Source of the DNA: a bacterium
Lineage (GTDB): Bacteria > Patescibacteriota > Microgenomatia > Woykebacterales > RBG-16-39-9b
DNA: 64,000 nt
Direction of reading: 5' to 3'
NCBI GenBank assembly: GCA_030704665.1
Contig: JAUYID010000009.1
Location: forward strand, 522,460-586,459
The first letter of the stretch is position 1; each line of letters starts with the position of its first letter. The notes beneath the pieces were generated by a model, which worked only from the letters and a program-made list of their open reading frames with translations, was not told the origin of the DNA and did not search any database. Made by a program: the position numbers and the translations under genes. Below are positions 25,912-34,930 of the stretch, one piece after another.

Positions 25912-26711
25912 TAACCTTCGTTACGAGCAAATTGTCCACTTTCCTTTGATTTAGCAAACAAACGCGAGAAAACCCAAAGCGCCAGGGCGAAATAAAAGAT
26001 GTTTTCTGCAAAAGCAATGCCAATTGCAGCCCAGTTGACCTGCGTATTGTTAAGCGAGTTGCGGGCCATTTCAAAAACATGGGTTGTGGGTAGTGAGTAA
26101 GCAAGGACTTGCATGGCTGGGGGGAGAATTTTGACGGGAAAGAAAGTTGCGCTCAAAGGCTGCAGTACAAAAACCAATCCCCAAGCTAGTGCCTGAATCC
26201 TCGTCCCAAAACGGAAGATCAAACCCAGCATAAAAATCCCAAAAGACCAAGAGAAAATTGCTAGATTGATGAAGGAAAAGACAAGAGTCACTGCTCCAAT
26301 TTGAAAAACATTGAAGTGAAATAGAAACAAGGAAATAAAACTGACCAAAAAGAAAACTATTAGTGACTTGATCGTTCCAGAGAGAATCAGAGCAAACAAG
26401 TATTCACTAACTGAAAGGGGAGTGATAAACATGTTGCTCAAATTTCTTGCCCAAATATTCCAGAGCGCTCCTACAGTAACCGAAAACTGACAAATTCGAA
26501 TCACTTCCCAGAAAATCAAACCCAAAAGCAGGTATTTCCCTGCCAGAGTTGAGTTTTCCTGGCCCAAGAAAAGATAGACGAACCCGAAAGCTAGCAATGA
26601 AAGGACTGAGAAGAAAAATAAATCTACGATCACTTCCAAAGACCGACGAGTAATGTAGAACTCTTGCAAAAGAATCCCGAGAACCCTATGTATCATCACC
26701 CCTCCTTGCAA
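25911..26711 (-). CDS. ABC-2 type transporter permease
   Basis: 6-TM 266-aa protein directly downstream of the ATPase. Confidence 0.7.
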   Translation of the reverse strand: MQGGVMIHRVLGILLQEFYITRRSLEVIVDLFFFSVLSLLAFGFVYLFLGQENSTLAGKYLLLGLIFWEVIRICQFSVTVGALWNIWARNLSNMFITPLSVSEYLFALILSGTIKSLIVFFLVSFISLFLFHFNVFQIGAVTLVFSFINLAIFSWSFGIFMLGLIFRFGTRIQALAWGLVFVLQPLSATFFPVKILPPAMQVLAYSLPTTHVFEMARNSLNNTQVNWAAIGIAFAENIFYFALALWVFSRLFAKSKESGQFARNEG

Positions 26712-27609
26712 TTGTCAAAAAGACATCTTCCAGAGTCGGTTTTTTGACTTCAATGTCGGTGATCCAAATTCCAGCCTCGGAAAGACCGAAAATGACTTTT
26801 GGAATCTGCTTTTCTTTGGTTTTGACTCGAACTGAGTAGCGGTGAGTAAACTCAAAATCTTGTCCTTGTTCTTTGAGAAATTCCTCGACCTTGTCTCGAT
26901 CTCCGTCGAAAGTAAGGTTTAGGGTAGCCGCCTCAATTCTTTTGGTCAGACCAAGAGGTGTATCGGCAGCAAAAATCTGACCGTGATCGAGAAAAATGAC
27001 CCGGTCGCAAAGCCTAGTCACTTCTTCCATGTTGTGGCTGGTGTAAAGAATTGAAACCGAAGAGTTTTTCCTTCTCTCCTCGATAAAGCTTAAAGTCTTG
27101 TCAGCAATATCCGGATCCAGCGACGCGGTCGGTTCATCCATGAGAATTAGCTCAGGATCGTTGAGAAAAGATTTTATCAGGTTCACCCTGGTTTTTTGTC
27201 CGGCGGAAAGATCCCAGTAACGACTGTCTTTGATCGCCTCAATTTCGAAATAGTTGATCAGTTCAGTGATTTTCTTCTTCGCCTCAGAGACTGCATAAAT
27301 TTGAGCAAAGACCAAAAGATTTTCCCAAACCGAAATTCGTCCTTGCAGAGTGTTGAAGGAAGAAGCAAAATTGACTCTTTGGAGAACTTCTTGACGCGCC
27401 TGGGGGAAATCTTTGCCAAAATATTTTATCTTGCCCCCAGTCGCGCTAACAATACCAAGCAGCATGTGGATTGTAGTTGTTTTGCCGGCTCCATTGGGAC
27501 CGAGTAACCCGACTATTTCCCCTCTTGGAACTTCAAAAGAAATATCGTCAACCGCTGTGAAAGAGCCGAATTTTTTGGTTAAGTTCTTTACTTCCAAAAT
27601 ATTTTCCAT
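26686..27609 (-). CDS. ABC transporter ATP-binding protein
   Basis: GPNGAGKTTT, LSAGQKTRV, LILMDEPTASLD. Confidence 0.85.
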   Translation of the reverse strand: MENILEVKNLTKKFGSFTAVDDISFEVPRGEIVGLLGPNGAGKTTTIHMLLGIVSATGGKIKYFGKDFPQARQEVLQRVNFASSFNTLQGRISVWENLLVFAQIYAVSEAKKKITELINYFEIEAIKDSRYWDLSAGQKTRVNLIKSFLNDPELILMDEPTASLDPDIADKTLSFIEERRKNSSVSILYTSHNMEEVTRLCDRVIFLDHGQIFAADTPLGLTKRIEAATLNLTFDGDRDKVEEFLKEQGQDFEFTHRYSVRVKTKEKQIPKVIFGLSEAGIWITDIEVKKPTLEDVFLTIARRGDDT

Positions 27610-27675
27610 GCAAGGGGTTAGTTTAGATTATTTGCTTGTTTGTGGTCAATCAGCTCTTTATGTATAATTTAATCA

Positions 27676-28038
27676 ATGCCATCCTCCCCTGCCGAAGAGA
27701 CTGGTCAATTTCGAAATCAACTTTTCAATCAAGTCATCGCAACCATTAAATCCGGTTTGGAAACGGGTAGTCTCCGCTCCTCCCGAGCCAGTGAAATTGC
27801 CGATTTTGTTCTCAAAAAACTTCAGGCGAGTCTGACAACGACAGAAATTTATCAACTTGTCCCGACTTTCCGTCAAACTTTTCCCGAACTCAACGAACTC
27901 TCAATTTCGGTCGGGCAGCACTATGAAGAACTGGTCAAAAATGAGGCCTTGCCAAAGGCCCTTGCGCTAATTCGTGCTGGCAAAATACAAGAGGCAAATC
28001 AATTTATGAAATCTCTAACTAGCAAGGAATCAAAATGA
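27676..28038 (+). CDS. hypothetical helical protein, first gene of a two-gene operon
   Basis: 120 aa; -10 tgtataat upstream; its stop overlaps the next start (ATGA). Confidence 0.45.
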   Translation: MPSSPAEETGQFRNQLFNQVIATIKSGLETGSLRSSRASEIADFVLKKLQASLTTTEIYQLVPTFRQTFPELNELSISVGQHYEELVKNEALPKALALIRAGKIQEANQFMKSLTSKESK

Positions 28039-29327
28039 GTCTAGAAGGCGAATCTAGTTTTGAAAAATCTCCTCTTTCTGCTGACGAAAAGCGTAAACTA
28101 GAGCCAATCAGAGATCGAGTTGAAAAAGGCGATCTAGGAGGGTCCGAAGACAGCCCCGACAAGGGCAAGGAAAAGGAACCTGTTGGTCAGGATGAGGAAC
28201 GTCTCCTGAGTTTAATGAAAGAAAAATCAGGTCCAAATGAAGATCCAGAGGAAACTTTACAGACAATTGCGGAATTTCTAAAGAAAGAACGAGGAAAAGC
28301 TGGACCCGAAGAACCAAAAAGTGCTGAAGTAGAGCATTCAGAAACTTCTTCTTTTGCAGAAAGGCTTCAAGAAATTCGAGAAAAAGAAAAAGTCAAAATT
28401 TACGAAGATCCCAGGCAAGACCCAGCGGTTCAAGAGATAGAGCGGGAAATCGGACGCCTAACTGCTAAATACGACGAGGACCGTGATCGCTATCATGCTA
28501 GAACCTCAGACACTAACTTTGATTATAGGCAAGATCGGCAGTTAGCTGAATTCAGAACTTGGGAGAGTTTTACTCGCCGTTTTCCAGAAAAAACCCAGGC
28601 TTATCGAGATAAAGTTCCTCAAATTGAGGATGCTATCGGAAGAATTGAAGAGCGCGATCAAGCTTACCAAGAGAAAAAGCAAAAAGAACAGAGAGCAGAA
28701 AACCAACGGCAGGAAAGAAAAAAGATTTACGAGGACCCAAATCAAGACCCGGCAATCGAACAAACCAGAAAGGAAATCGAGCAGAAAATTGCTCAGCGTG
28801 GAGAATCAGCAGATAGTGTGCTTACGGGCATTTACAAAAAGGTTGATACCGAAAGGGGTTGGGGGAACTTCGCTCTACGCTACCCGGAAAAAGCAACTGC
28901 GTATCAAGACCGAATTCCTGAAATAAATGCTGCTCTTAGCCAACTTAAGACTCACGAGCAAGAAGTGCAAGAAAGGCACCCTGTTGCGTCCGGTGTTGGA
29001 AAGGAATCTGGAGAAGAGCAGCAGTTGCCTCAGGATAGATCTGAAAGTACCCGTGACTTAAACCCACTCGATCCAGAAAGTAGAGTTGAAACCGTTCATC
29101 AGACTGAAGAGACAAGGCAGGAAACTAGAGAAGCCGATTCGGAACTTCTCAAGGACCCAAGGATAAGCTCTGCTTTGCAGGAGTTGATTCAACTTTACTC
29201 TTCTCCACAAGAATTTGACGCTAGGATAAATAAACTTAAAAAAGAGGAGCCTAGTCTTTTCTTACTTTTGATGAAACTAGTTGGGGATATTGCTTCAGCT
29301 GGCGAAAAGCTCAGTGAAGAGGGCTAG
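28035..29327 (+). CDS. highly charged protein with two about 95-aa tandem repeats
   Basis: KIYEDPRQDPAVQEIEREI...RFPEKTQAYRDKVPQIEDAIGRIE vs KIYEDPNQDPAIEQTRKEI...RYPEKATAYQDRIPEINAALSQLK; 430 aa, E/K/R/Q/D-rich. Confidence 0.5.
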   Translation: MSLEGESSFEKSPLSADEKRKLEPIRDRVEKGDLGGSEDSPDKGKEKEPVGQDEERLLSLMKEKSGPNEDPEETLQTIAEFLKKERGKAGPEEPKSAEVEHSETSSFAERLQEIREKEKVKIYEDPRQDPAVQEIEREIGRLTAKYDEDRDRYHARTSDTNFDYRQDRQLAEFRTWESFTRRFPEKTQAYRDKVPQIEDAIGRIEERDQAYQEKKQKEQRAENQRQERKKIYEDPNQDPAIEQTRKEIEQKIAQRGESADSVLTGIYKKVDTERGWGNFALRYPEKATAYQDRIPEINAALSQLKTHEQEVQERHPVASGVGKESGEEQQLPQDRSESTRDLNPLDPESRVETVHQTEETRQETREADSELLKDPRISSALQELIQLYSSPQEFDARINKLKKEEPSLFLLLMKLVGDIASAGEKLSEEG

Positions 29328-29553
29328 GAGAGCCAGGGGTGCTCGGCTCTCCTCTTGTCTCATCGCAGTCAAGTTTGTCATCCGGACTGAAGGCAGGGCT
29401 GACCATTCTCGTTGTGGTCACTACAGACCCCTGCAGACTCTTCTCCAAACGATCCTCTGCCCAAACCAGTGCGAGCAGTGTCCCTACAAAGAGCAGGATC
29501 AGGATTAGAAGTGTACTAACGCAGGCAAGCAACACTAGGTGCCCAAGCTTCAT
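29311..29553 (-). CDS. small membrane protein in GC-rich islet
   Basis: 80 aa, one TM; start overlaps the upstream gene by 4 nt. Confidence 0.35.
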   Translation of the reverse strand: MKLGHLVLLACVSTLLILILLFVGTLLALVWAEDRLEKSLQGSVVTTTRMVSPAFSPDDKLDCDETRGEPSTPGSPSPLH

Positions 29554-30182
29554 TTCGCTTCTCCTTCACTCATCTGCAGGGTACCCAATACACGGGGAGT
29601 CGGGGTTAGAGAGAAAACAGGTTCCCCACGACAACCCCAACTAACCAAAACTCCCCTCTTTGGATCTTTCCAACGCACCCGCAAGACGAGTCCTTCTCCG
29701 TAAGGAAACTCGTTCCACCACAAATCCTGGCCCGATGCAAGAATTCCTACTCCTGTGACCAAGACCCCCTGTTCCACAGTGATCATCTCGATCTGAGGAA
29801 GAAGTACCGACCTGGATTCGTTCGTAGCCAGGACGAGCCAGCGAACTCTTTCTCCTATTTGTACCCAATCCGCACCATCTTTTAGACAAGCTTGTGCCTT
29901 TGTTGGCAGCACCCGCAGCGAAGCGTATGTCAATTCGAGCGGTACCGGTGTAGGAGTCGGGCTCGCCTTACTCGAGAAAGAGCTGCTCGAAGCGTACGAG
30001 CTGTCCTCGTAAGGTTGCCCCGCCATCGCAGTACACATCGCAAATAGTAGGGCGACGCAAACAACAATCCCAACGAGACAAACAGCATCAATTGTTCTGT
30101 TGCCAAGCCGTTTCACTGTTTTCCAATCAAGCTTCTTCACGGAAATCCCTCCTTGGCATTCCGAGTCTTTACTTGAGATCAA
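29550..30182 (-). CDS. single-pass membrane protein in GC-rich islet (likely GTG start about 30137)
   Basis: RBS aggaggg 7 nt before GTG KKLDWKTVKRLG; TM segment AVCLVGIVVCVALLFAMCTAMA; GC-rich codons. Confidence 0.4.
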   Translation of the reverse strand: MISSKDSECQGGISVKKLDWKTVKRLGNRTIDAVCLVGIVVCVALLFAMCTAMAGQPYEDSSYASSSSFSSKASPTPTPVPLELTYASLRVLPTKAQACLKDGADWVQIGERVRWLVLATNESRSVLLPQIEMITVEQGVLVTGVGILASGQDLWWNEFPYGEGLVLRVRWKDPKRGVLVSWGCRGEPVFSLTPTPRVLGTLQMSEGEAK

Positions 30183-30232
30183 TTATATTGCTTTCGTCAA
30201 AGATTTAGGAAAAAAGGGAAGTTTCTCTATAC

Positions 30233-31024
30233 CTACCAAGAAGGGTTGGAGGTGGTAACTATTTGCTTCCAGGGCCCAGGGGGAACGTCCGCGTCATTGA
30301 CAAACTGCCAGGAAACTTTGCCACTGTCCCCCAGATCAAGAAAATCCCGGACTGCCGGGGAAAGATCGATTCCGGCTCTCAGGCCAAAAGTGTTTTTTGA
30401 TTTAGCACTACCAAAGACATAGTTTACATCGTCACTATCGTTGGGTCCAACATCTTCCCATTGGGCGTAACACACTTTCCCGGCACGAGAAATTTTCACC
30501 CAACGGTTTTTTAGCAAAGATTTACCGAGAGGTAAATTTTTGTCGTACCAATAGACTGTTTTCGCGTTTGCCTTCAACCCCACCTCGTCGAACTCTCCGT
30601 AAGGAAGGGCGAAGTAGAACGGGTTTTCCTTCGGTTTGAAACCCGCCGGCCAGTAGCCGTTGCGGTGGGCCGGATCGTCAACCCCACCAAAATGCTTCTC
30701 CCAGGCCCCATCCCAAGCACTCTTGGTATTGGAAATAAAATCATTGTCCGGCCCAGCCAACTCGCCTACGTAAAAATAGGTAGCCACAATATTGCGGTGA
30801 AGTGGATAGCTGCCAGAGTTTTGCTTTTGCACTGGCGTGTAAAGTTCTGAATCTTGACTAGATTTAAACAAAATTTTGGTTGGTAAAATCGGTTTTTTGA
30901 TCACTCCGGAAATTTTGGCCGGCTTTTCCACTACACTGGAGGAGGCCAGTTTTTCCATCCAGCTTGAAAGAGCCGTAAAAAATAAAACCAAAACAAGAAG
31001 AGCGGCGAAAAGTCGGGAAAGCAT
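30233..31024 (-). CDS. secreted protein with C-terminal RlpA/expansin-like double-psi beta-barrel, putative cell-wall lytic enzyme
   Basis: Signal anchor; C-terminus NRWVKISRAGKVCYAQWEDVGPND...GIDLSPAVRDFLDLGDSGKVSWQFV resembles the DPBB core. Confidence 0.35.
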   Translation of the reverse strand: MLSRLFAALLVLVLFFTALSSWMEKLASSSVVEKPAKISGVIKKPILPTKILFKSSQDSELYTPVQKQNSGSYPLHRNIVATYFYVGELAGPDNDFISNTKSAWDGAWEKHFGGVDDPAHRNGYWPAGFKPKENPFYFALPYGEFDEVGLKANAKTVYWYDKNLPLGKSLLKNRWVKISRAGKVCYAQWEDVGPNDSDDVNYVFGSAKSKNTFGLRAGIDLSPAVRDFLDLGDSGKVSWQFVNDADVPPGPWKQIVTTSNPSW

Positions 31025-31085
31025 CTAAAACTAATTATACCAAGAGCTTGCTTGGTTAATAAATTTGAGAAGAAATAATCCAAGT

Positions 31086-31715
31086 TTACTTTTTATCTTC
31101 AAAATTAATCAGGGTAGTTTCGGGCCGGTGAGCAAAAAGGTTTCGGGAAGCAACAATGACTTGGTAGCGAGAGAGCTGAACAGCAAAGATTTTTCTGGAA
31201 AAGGCAAAGAGCCCGAGTCCAAAAGCTAAGGCTAGGGGGTAAAGATAGAGATTGCCCGGACCGGTGTTGGGTAGAGGTTTTTTTGAACCAGTAGTTTTTT
31301 TGGTGGTAGTCAATTTTGGCTCCTCGGTCGATTTTTTAGTCACTTGTGGTGCCGGTGGGGCATTGCCTACGAGCACTGCAACGCTGACCGACTTTTCGCC
31401 AACCAAAGTAATATTGTTTCTGGAATTGTCATCAAAGACAATCTCCCCAGAAGTTCGGTTGGGCTGCAGGTCAGTGACAATATTGGTGTTGGTTTCCGTA
31501 TTGCGAACAGTGTGTTTTTGATCGTCTTCGTTTTTGATCTTGACGACTTCGTTGTTACCGACTTTAAGTTCAGTTGGAGTAAATTTTGCTTCTTTCGTTA
31601 TCGTAATAATTTTTACTTTAGGGTTGTTTCCAAACAGAACGAAGCCAAGCGTGATCGCTCCAATCAAGATCAGTAAAACTAAAATTCCGGAAATAATTCG
31701 CGCCATGTTTGACAA
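31086..31715 (-). CDS. LPXTG-type cell-wall-anchored surface protein
   Basis: N-terminal TM; LPNTG + hydrophobic stretch + SRK near the C-terminus. Confidence 0.5.
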   Translation of the reverse strand: MSNMARIISGILVLLILIGAITLGFVLFGNNPKVKIITITKEAKFTPTELKVGNNEVVKIKNEDDQKHTVRNTETNTNIVTDLQPNRTSGEIVFDDNSRNNITLVGEKSVSVAVLVGNAPPAPQVTKKSTEEPKLTTTKKTTGSKKPLPNTGPGNLYLYPLALAFGLGLFAFSRKIFAVQLSRYQVIVASRNLFAHRPETTLINFEDKK

Positions 31716-31759
31716 TCTACTACAGATTATAGGCTTTGTAAAGAGGCTACATTTTTATC

Positions 31760-31834
31760 TGGTCGGGGTGACATGGATTGAACATGCGACCTCACGCTCC
31801 CAAAGCGCGCGCTCTACCACTGAGCTACACCCCG
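31760..31834 (-). tRNA. tRNA-Pro(TGG)
   Basis: revcomp cggggtgtagctcagtggtagagcgcgcgctttTGGgagcgtgaggtcgcatgttcaatccatgtcaccccgacca. Confidence 0.8.
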
Positions 31835-31865
31835 ACGAAGGAGGGATGCAGAGCTCTTTTGAGAT

Positions 31866-31933
31866 CTACACCCCGAAGTACGAGGGGTCCAGGGTTTTTT
31901 AACTTAAGCTCTTTAAAAAACCCTACACCCCGA
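31866..31933 (-). repeat. two extra copies of the tRNA-Pro 5'-end 11-mer (ctacaccccga) at 31866-31876 and 31923-31933
   Basis: the same 11-mer occurs 3 times within 110 nt, once inside the tRNA gene. Confidence 0.6.
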
Positions 31934-32068
31934 TGTAAATTTAGATGTCATTCTGAGTGATAACGAAGAATCTATGAGAGCCTTCACTGCGTTCAGGATG
32001 ACAGTTGAATCAGCTTATTTTACCAAAAATGGACAGAAAATGCTTTTCTCTTGTAAACTAGAGAAGAA

Positions 32069-32602
32069 ATGAACGAAATTCCTTTTAACCCAGACGAAAT
32101 TTCTAAACCGGGCGACCTAAACGCTGTTCGAGTCGAAGAATCTCAAGAGCCAATTGTGCGCGAAGTGGAACTCGGCGAAAAAGTCGTTCTCAAGGCTCCA
32201 AATGGTGGTGAGCTTGATCTTGGAGTACTAGGACCTGCAACGGGTTACGTCGGTTACGACAAAGCTCAGAAAGTTCTCTTCGGAGCGGTTTTTGATACCA
32301 GGGGTGATGTCAGTGTTGATCTGCAAAAATTTCAAGCACAACTATCCAGACAAGGTGTGACCATAACTGAGGATGCTATCGCGGGAGCCAATCAGTATTG
32401 GACTGACGAGCAACGAGAGGGAACAGAACATATTGACCTGGTACATCAAGGCAAGCAAAATGCCGCCACCATGGTAAAAAGAAACTTTTTTCGAGCTAAT
32501 AAAATGACAGAGTTTGCTGTTGATGATACCTTGGGAGTAAAGTTGGAGCAGGGTAATTTTTCTATCGAACACCAAGAAGTCGAAACCTATCTGCCTGAAT
32601 AA
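32069..32602 (+). CDS. hypothetical protein preceding ABC-2 exporter genes
   Basis: 177 aa, hydrophilic; its stop is 3 nt before the ATPase start. Confidence 0.45.
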   Translation: MNEIPFNPDEISKPGDLNAVRVEESQEPIVREVELGEKVVLKAPNGGELDLGVLGPATGYVGYDKAQKVLFGAVFDTRGDVSVDLQKFQAQLSRQGVTITEDAIAGANQYWTDEQREGTEHIDLVHQGKQNAATMVKRNFFRANKMTEFAVDDTLGVKLEQGNFSIEHQEVETYLPE

Positions 32603-32604
32603 AA

Positions 32605-33492
32605 ATGGCGAACCTAGCAATCAAAATTGAAGAACTCACCAAAGACTTCGGCGCTGAGCGTGGTGTCTTTGATCTCAATTTGGAGGTTGCCCAGGGTGAA
32701 ATTTTTGGCTATCTCGGTCCGAATGGAGCCGGGAAAACAACAACCATTCGAGTTCTTCTCGATTTTGCGCGCCCGAGCCGAGGTAGAGCGGAAATTTTTG
32801 GTCTTGACCACCAGAAAGAAAGTGTCAAGATTCACCAGCGGATTGGCTATCTACCCGGCGAGTATGAACTTTACAAAAATCTGACCGGCGAAGAGTTTTT
32901 GAAATTTCTTGCTTCCTTGCGTGGTGGGGTTGATTGGAAAAAAGTAAAAGAGCTAGCGGAGCGCTTCAATTCGAACCTTTCTCAGCCGATTCGAACTCTT
33001 TCCCACGGTAACAAACAAAAACTGGGTTTGATCCAAGCGTTCATGCATGAGCCGGACTTGCTCATTCTTGACGAACCAACCACCGGACTTGACCCTCTGA
33101 CTCAACACGAATTCTTTCACCTTTTGGAAGAAGCCAAAGCCAAGGGCCAAACTGTTTTCCTTTCCTCCCACATTTTGCCAGAGGTAGAGCGCAGTTGTGA
33201 GCGCGTTGCGATCCTACGCAAAGGAAAATTAGTTGCTCTGGAGACGGTCAAAAGCTTGAAGGAGCGCGCTCTGCGCCCAATCGAAGTTCATTTCAAAGAA
33301 AAACCAGCACAAAAGGATTTCGTTTCTTTGGGTTTACAAAACCTAAACATCGATGGTGAAACTCTCACTTGTACCGTTCCCGGGGATATGGAAAAGTTGA
33401 TTCAAGCCCTCGCCAAATACAAGGTTGCTACCTTGGTGACTCAAGAGCCAAATTTAGAAGAGATCTTCTTGAAGTATTACGGAGAAAGCTAA
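32605..33492 (+). CDS. ABC transporter ATP-binding protein
   Basis: [33 protein letters not shown]. Confidence 0.85.
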   Translation: MANLAIKIEELTKDFGAERGVFDLNLEVAQGEIFGYLGPNGAGKTTTIRVLLDFARPSRGRAEIFGLDHQKESVKIHQRIGYLPGEYELYKNLTGEEFLKFLASLRGGVDWKKVKELAERFNSNLSQPIRTLSHGNKQKLGLIQAFMHEPDLLILDEPTTGLDPLTQHEFFHLLEEAKAKGQTVFLSSHILPEVERSCERVAILRKGKLVALETVKSLKERALRPIEVHFKEKPAQKDFVSLGLQNLNIDGETLTCTVPGDMEKLIQALAKYKVATLVTQEPNLEEIFLKYYGES

Positions 33493-34290
33493 ATGCTGCG
33501 AAATGTTTTTCTGAAAACCCTCAGGGATCAATTTCGACCAATTTTGTTTTGGAGTCTTGGTTTCATTGCTCTGATTTTGATTTATATCGCCCTTTGGCCT
33601 TCGATCCAAGAAAGTGCTGCTGAGCTCCAAGCCTACATCGAAAAACTGCCAGAAGCTTTTCGCTCTGCTTTTGCAACTGGCGAGTACGCCACTCCAGTTG
33701 GGTATATAAATTCAGAACTATTTAGTTTTATGGCTCCCCTCTTTTTCATGATCTTTACTGTCACTTTTGCTAGTGGAACCTTGCTCAACGAAGAAGCTTC
33801 CGGAACAATGAATATTCTTCTGTCCTCACCCCTCCCCCGCTGGAAGCTAGTTCTGGAGAAGTGGTCTGCTATGGTAATCGCAACTCTGATAATTGCTTTC
33901 ATCGCCTGGGAGGGTTTCTTCATCGGGCTTTTGTTTGTTGAAATGGACCTTAACTTGGCAAACATTGTTTTGGCTCTCTTCAGCGCAGCTCTGCTTGCTC
34001 TAGTTTTTGGTACTTTTTCTTTGTTTTTGGCCAGTCTCACTCCGAGCCGTGGATTGGCTGTTGGGGTCACCTCAGTTTTGGTGGTTGCTTCTTATTTATT
34101 AAATGTTTTAGGGCCAGTGGTAGGGCAACTGAAAGACTTTCAACGATACTCCCTTTTTTATTTTTACAACCAAAATAACATCATCCAAAATGGGTTGAAT
34201 CTAACCCATGCAGGTATTCTTGTTTTTCTTACTCTCATTTTTCTCGGGCTATCAATAGCTGCCTTCTCCCGCCGTGATGTCGGTAGGTAA
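33493..34290 (+). CDS. ABC-2 type transporter permease
   Basis: 6 TM; its start abuts the ATPase stop. Confidence 0.7.
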   Translation: MLRNVFLKTLRDQFRPILFWSLGFIALILIYIALWPSIQESAAELQAYIEKLPEAFRSAFATGEYATPVGYINSELFSFMAPLFFMIFTVTFASGTLLNEEASGTMNILLSSPLPRWKLVLEKWSAMVIATLIIAFIAWEGFFIGLLFVEMDLNLANIVLALFSAALLALVFGTFSLFLASLTPSRGLAVGVTSVLVVASYLLNVLGPVVGQLKDFQRYSLFYFYNQNNIIQNGLNLTHAGILVFLTLIFLGLSIAAFSRRDVGR

Positions 34291-34293
34291 AAT

Positions 34294-34686
34294 ATGCGTG
34301 AAATGGTGGCTGGGATAATAATTGAAAAAGGGAAGGTTCTTCTTGTTCACAACACTAAACATGGCTCTGCTCGAGTCGAACCACCGGGCGGAAAGAAAGA
34401 GAAAAGTGAATCTTTGGAGCAAGCAACAAGACGAGAAGTCAAAGAAGAGTTGGGAGTCGGAATCAAGGTAGGAACACTTTTTAAAACTGAAGTGACAAGC
34501 TCTCCCGAAGGAGATTTCAACGTTTCTATGTTTCTGTGTGAAATTGTTTCCGGAGAGCCGAAACTGACTGAGCCAAACAAAATCTCAAATTTTCGCTGGT
34601 ACACTGCGGAAGAAATAAAAAAGGAAGATAAACTTGTACCAAATCTAGTTGCAATCAAAAATGATTTAATTGCTTTATTAAACTAA
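34294..34686 (+). CDS. NUDIX hydrolase
   Basis: GGKKEKSESLEQATRREVKEELGV Nudix box. Confidence 0.75.
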   Translation: MREMVAGIIIEKGKVLLVHNTKHGSARVEPPGGKKEKSESLEQATRREVKEELGVGIKVGTLFKTEVTSSPEGDFNVSMFLCEIVSGEPKLTEPNKISNFRWYTAEEIKKEDKLVPNLVAIKNDLIALLN

Positions 34687-34723
34687 TGTACCACCCAATC
34701 AAACCTTAATTCACTCTTTAATT

Positions 34724-34740
34724 GGTGCGGACGAGGAGAG
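34724..34740 (-). repeat. fragment matching the 3' end of a tRNA-Leu (tggtgcggacgaggagag)
   Basis: revcomp ctctcctcgtccgcacca vs the tRNA-Leu(GAG) 3' end ctctcgtccgcacca. Confidence 0.45.
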
Positions 34741-34797
34741 TAAACCTTCACTTCGTTCAGGACTGCTTTTTGCTATCAAAAAGTTGAATTCCCACGG

Positions 34798-34820
34798 CCT
34801 TGCGGCCAGCGGATTTTAAG
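34798..34820 (-). repeat. partial internal duplicate of tRNA-Leu(TAA) (variable-arm/anticodon-arm segment) just beyond the gene's 3' end
   Basis: ccttgcggccagcggattttaag vs genic ccttgcggtcaacggattttaag. Confidence 0.55.
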
Positions 34821-34844
34821 AACCTTTGGTTCTTGCGAAATTTT

Positions 34845-34930
34845 TGGTGGGCGAGGAGGGAGTCGAACCCTCACAACCTTGCGGTCAACGGATTTTAAGT
34901 CCGTCGCGTCTGCCATTCCGCCACTCGCCC
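34845..34930 (-). tRNA. tRNA-Leu(TAA)
   Basis: revcomp gggcgagtggcggaatggcagacgcgacggactTAAaatccgt + long variable arm + gagggttcgactccctcctcgcccacca. Confidence 0.8.
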
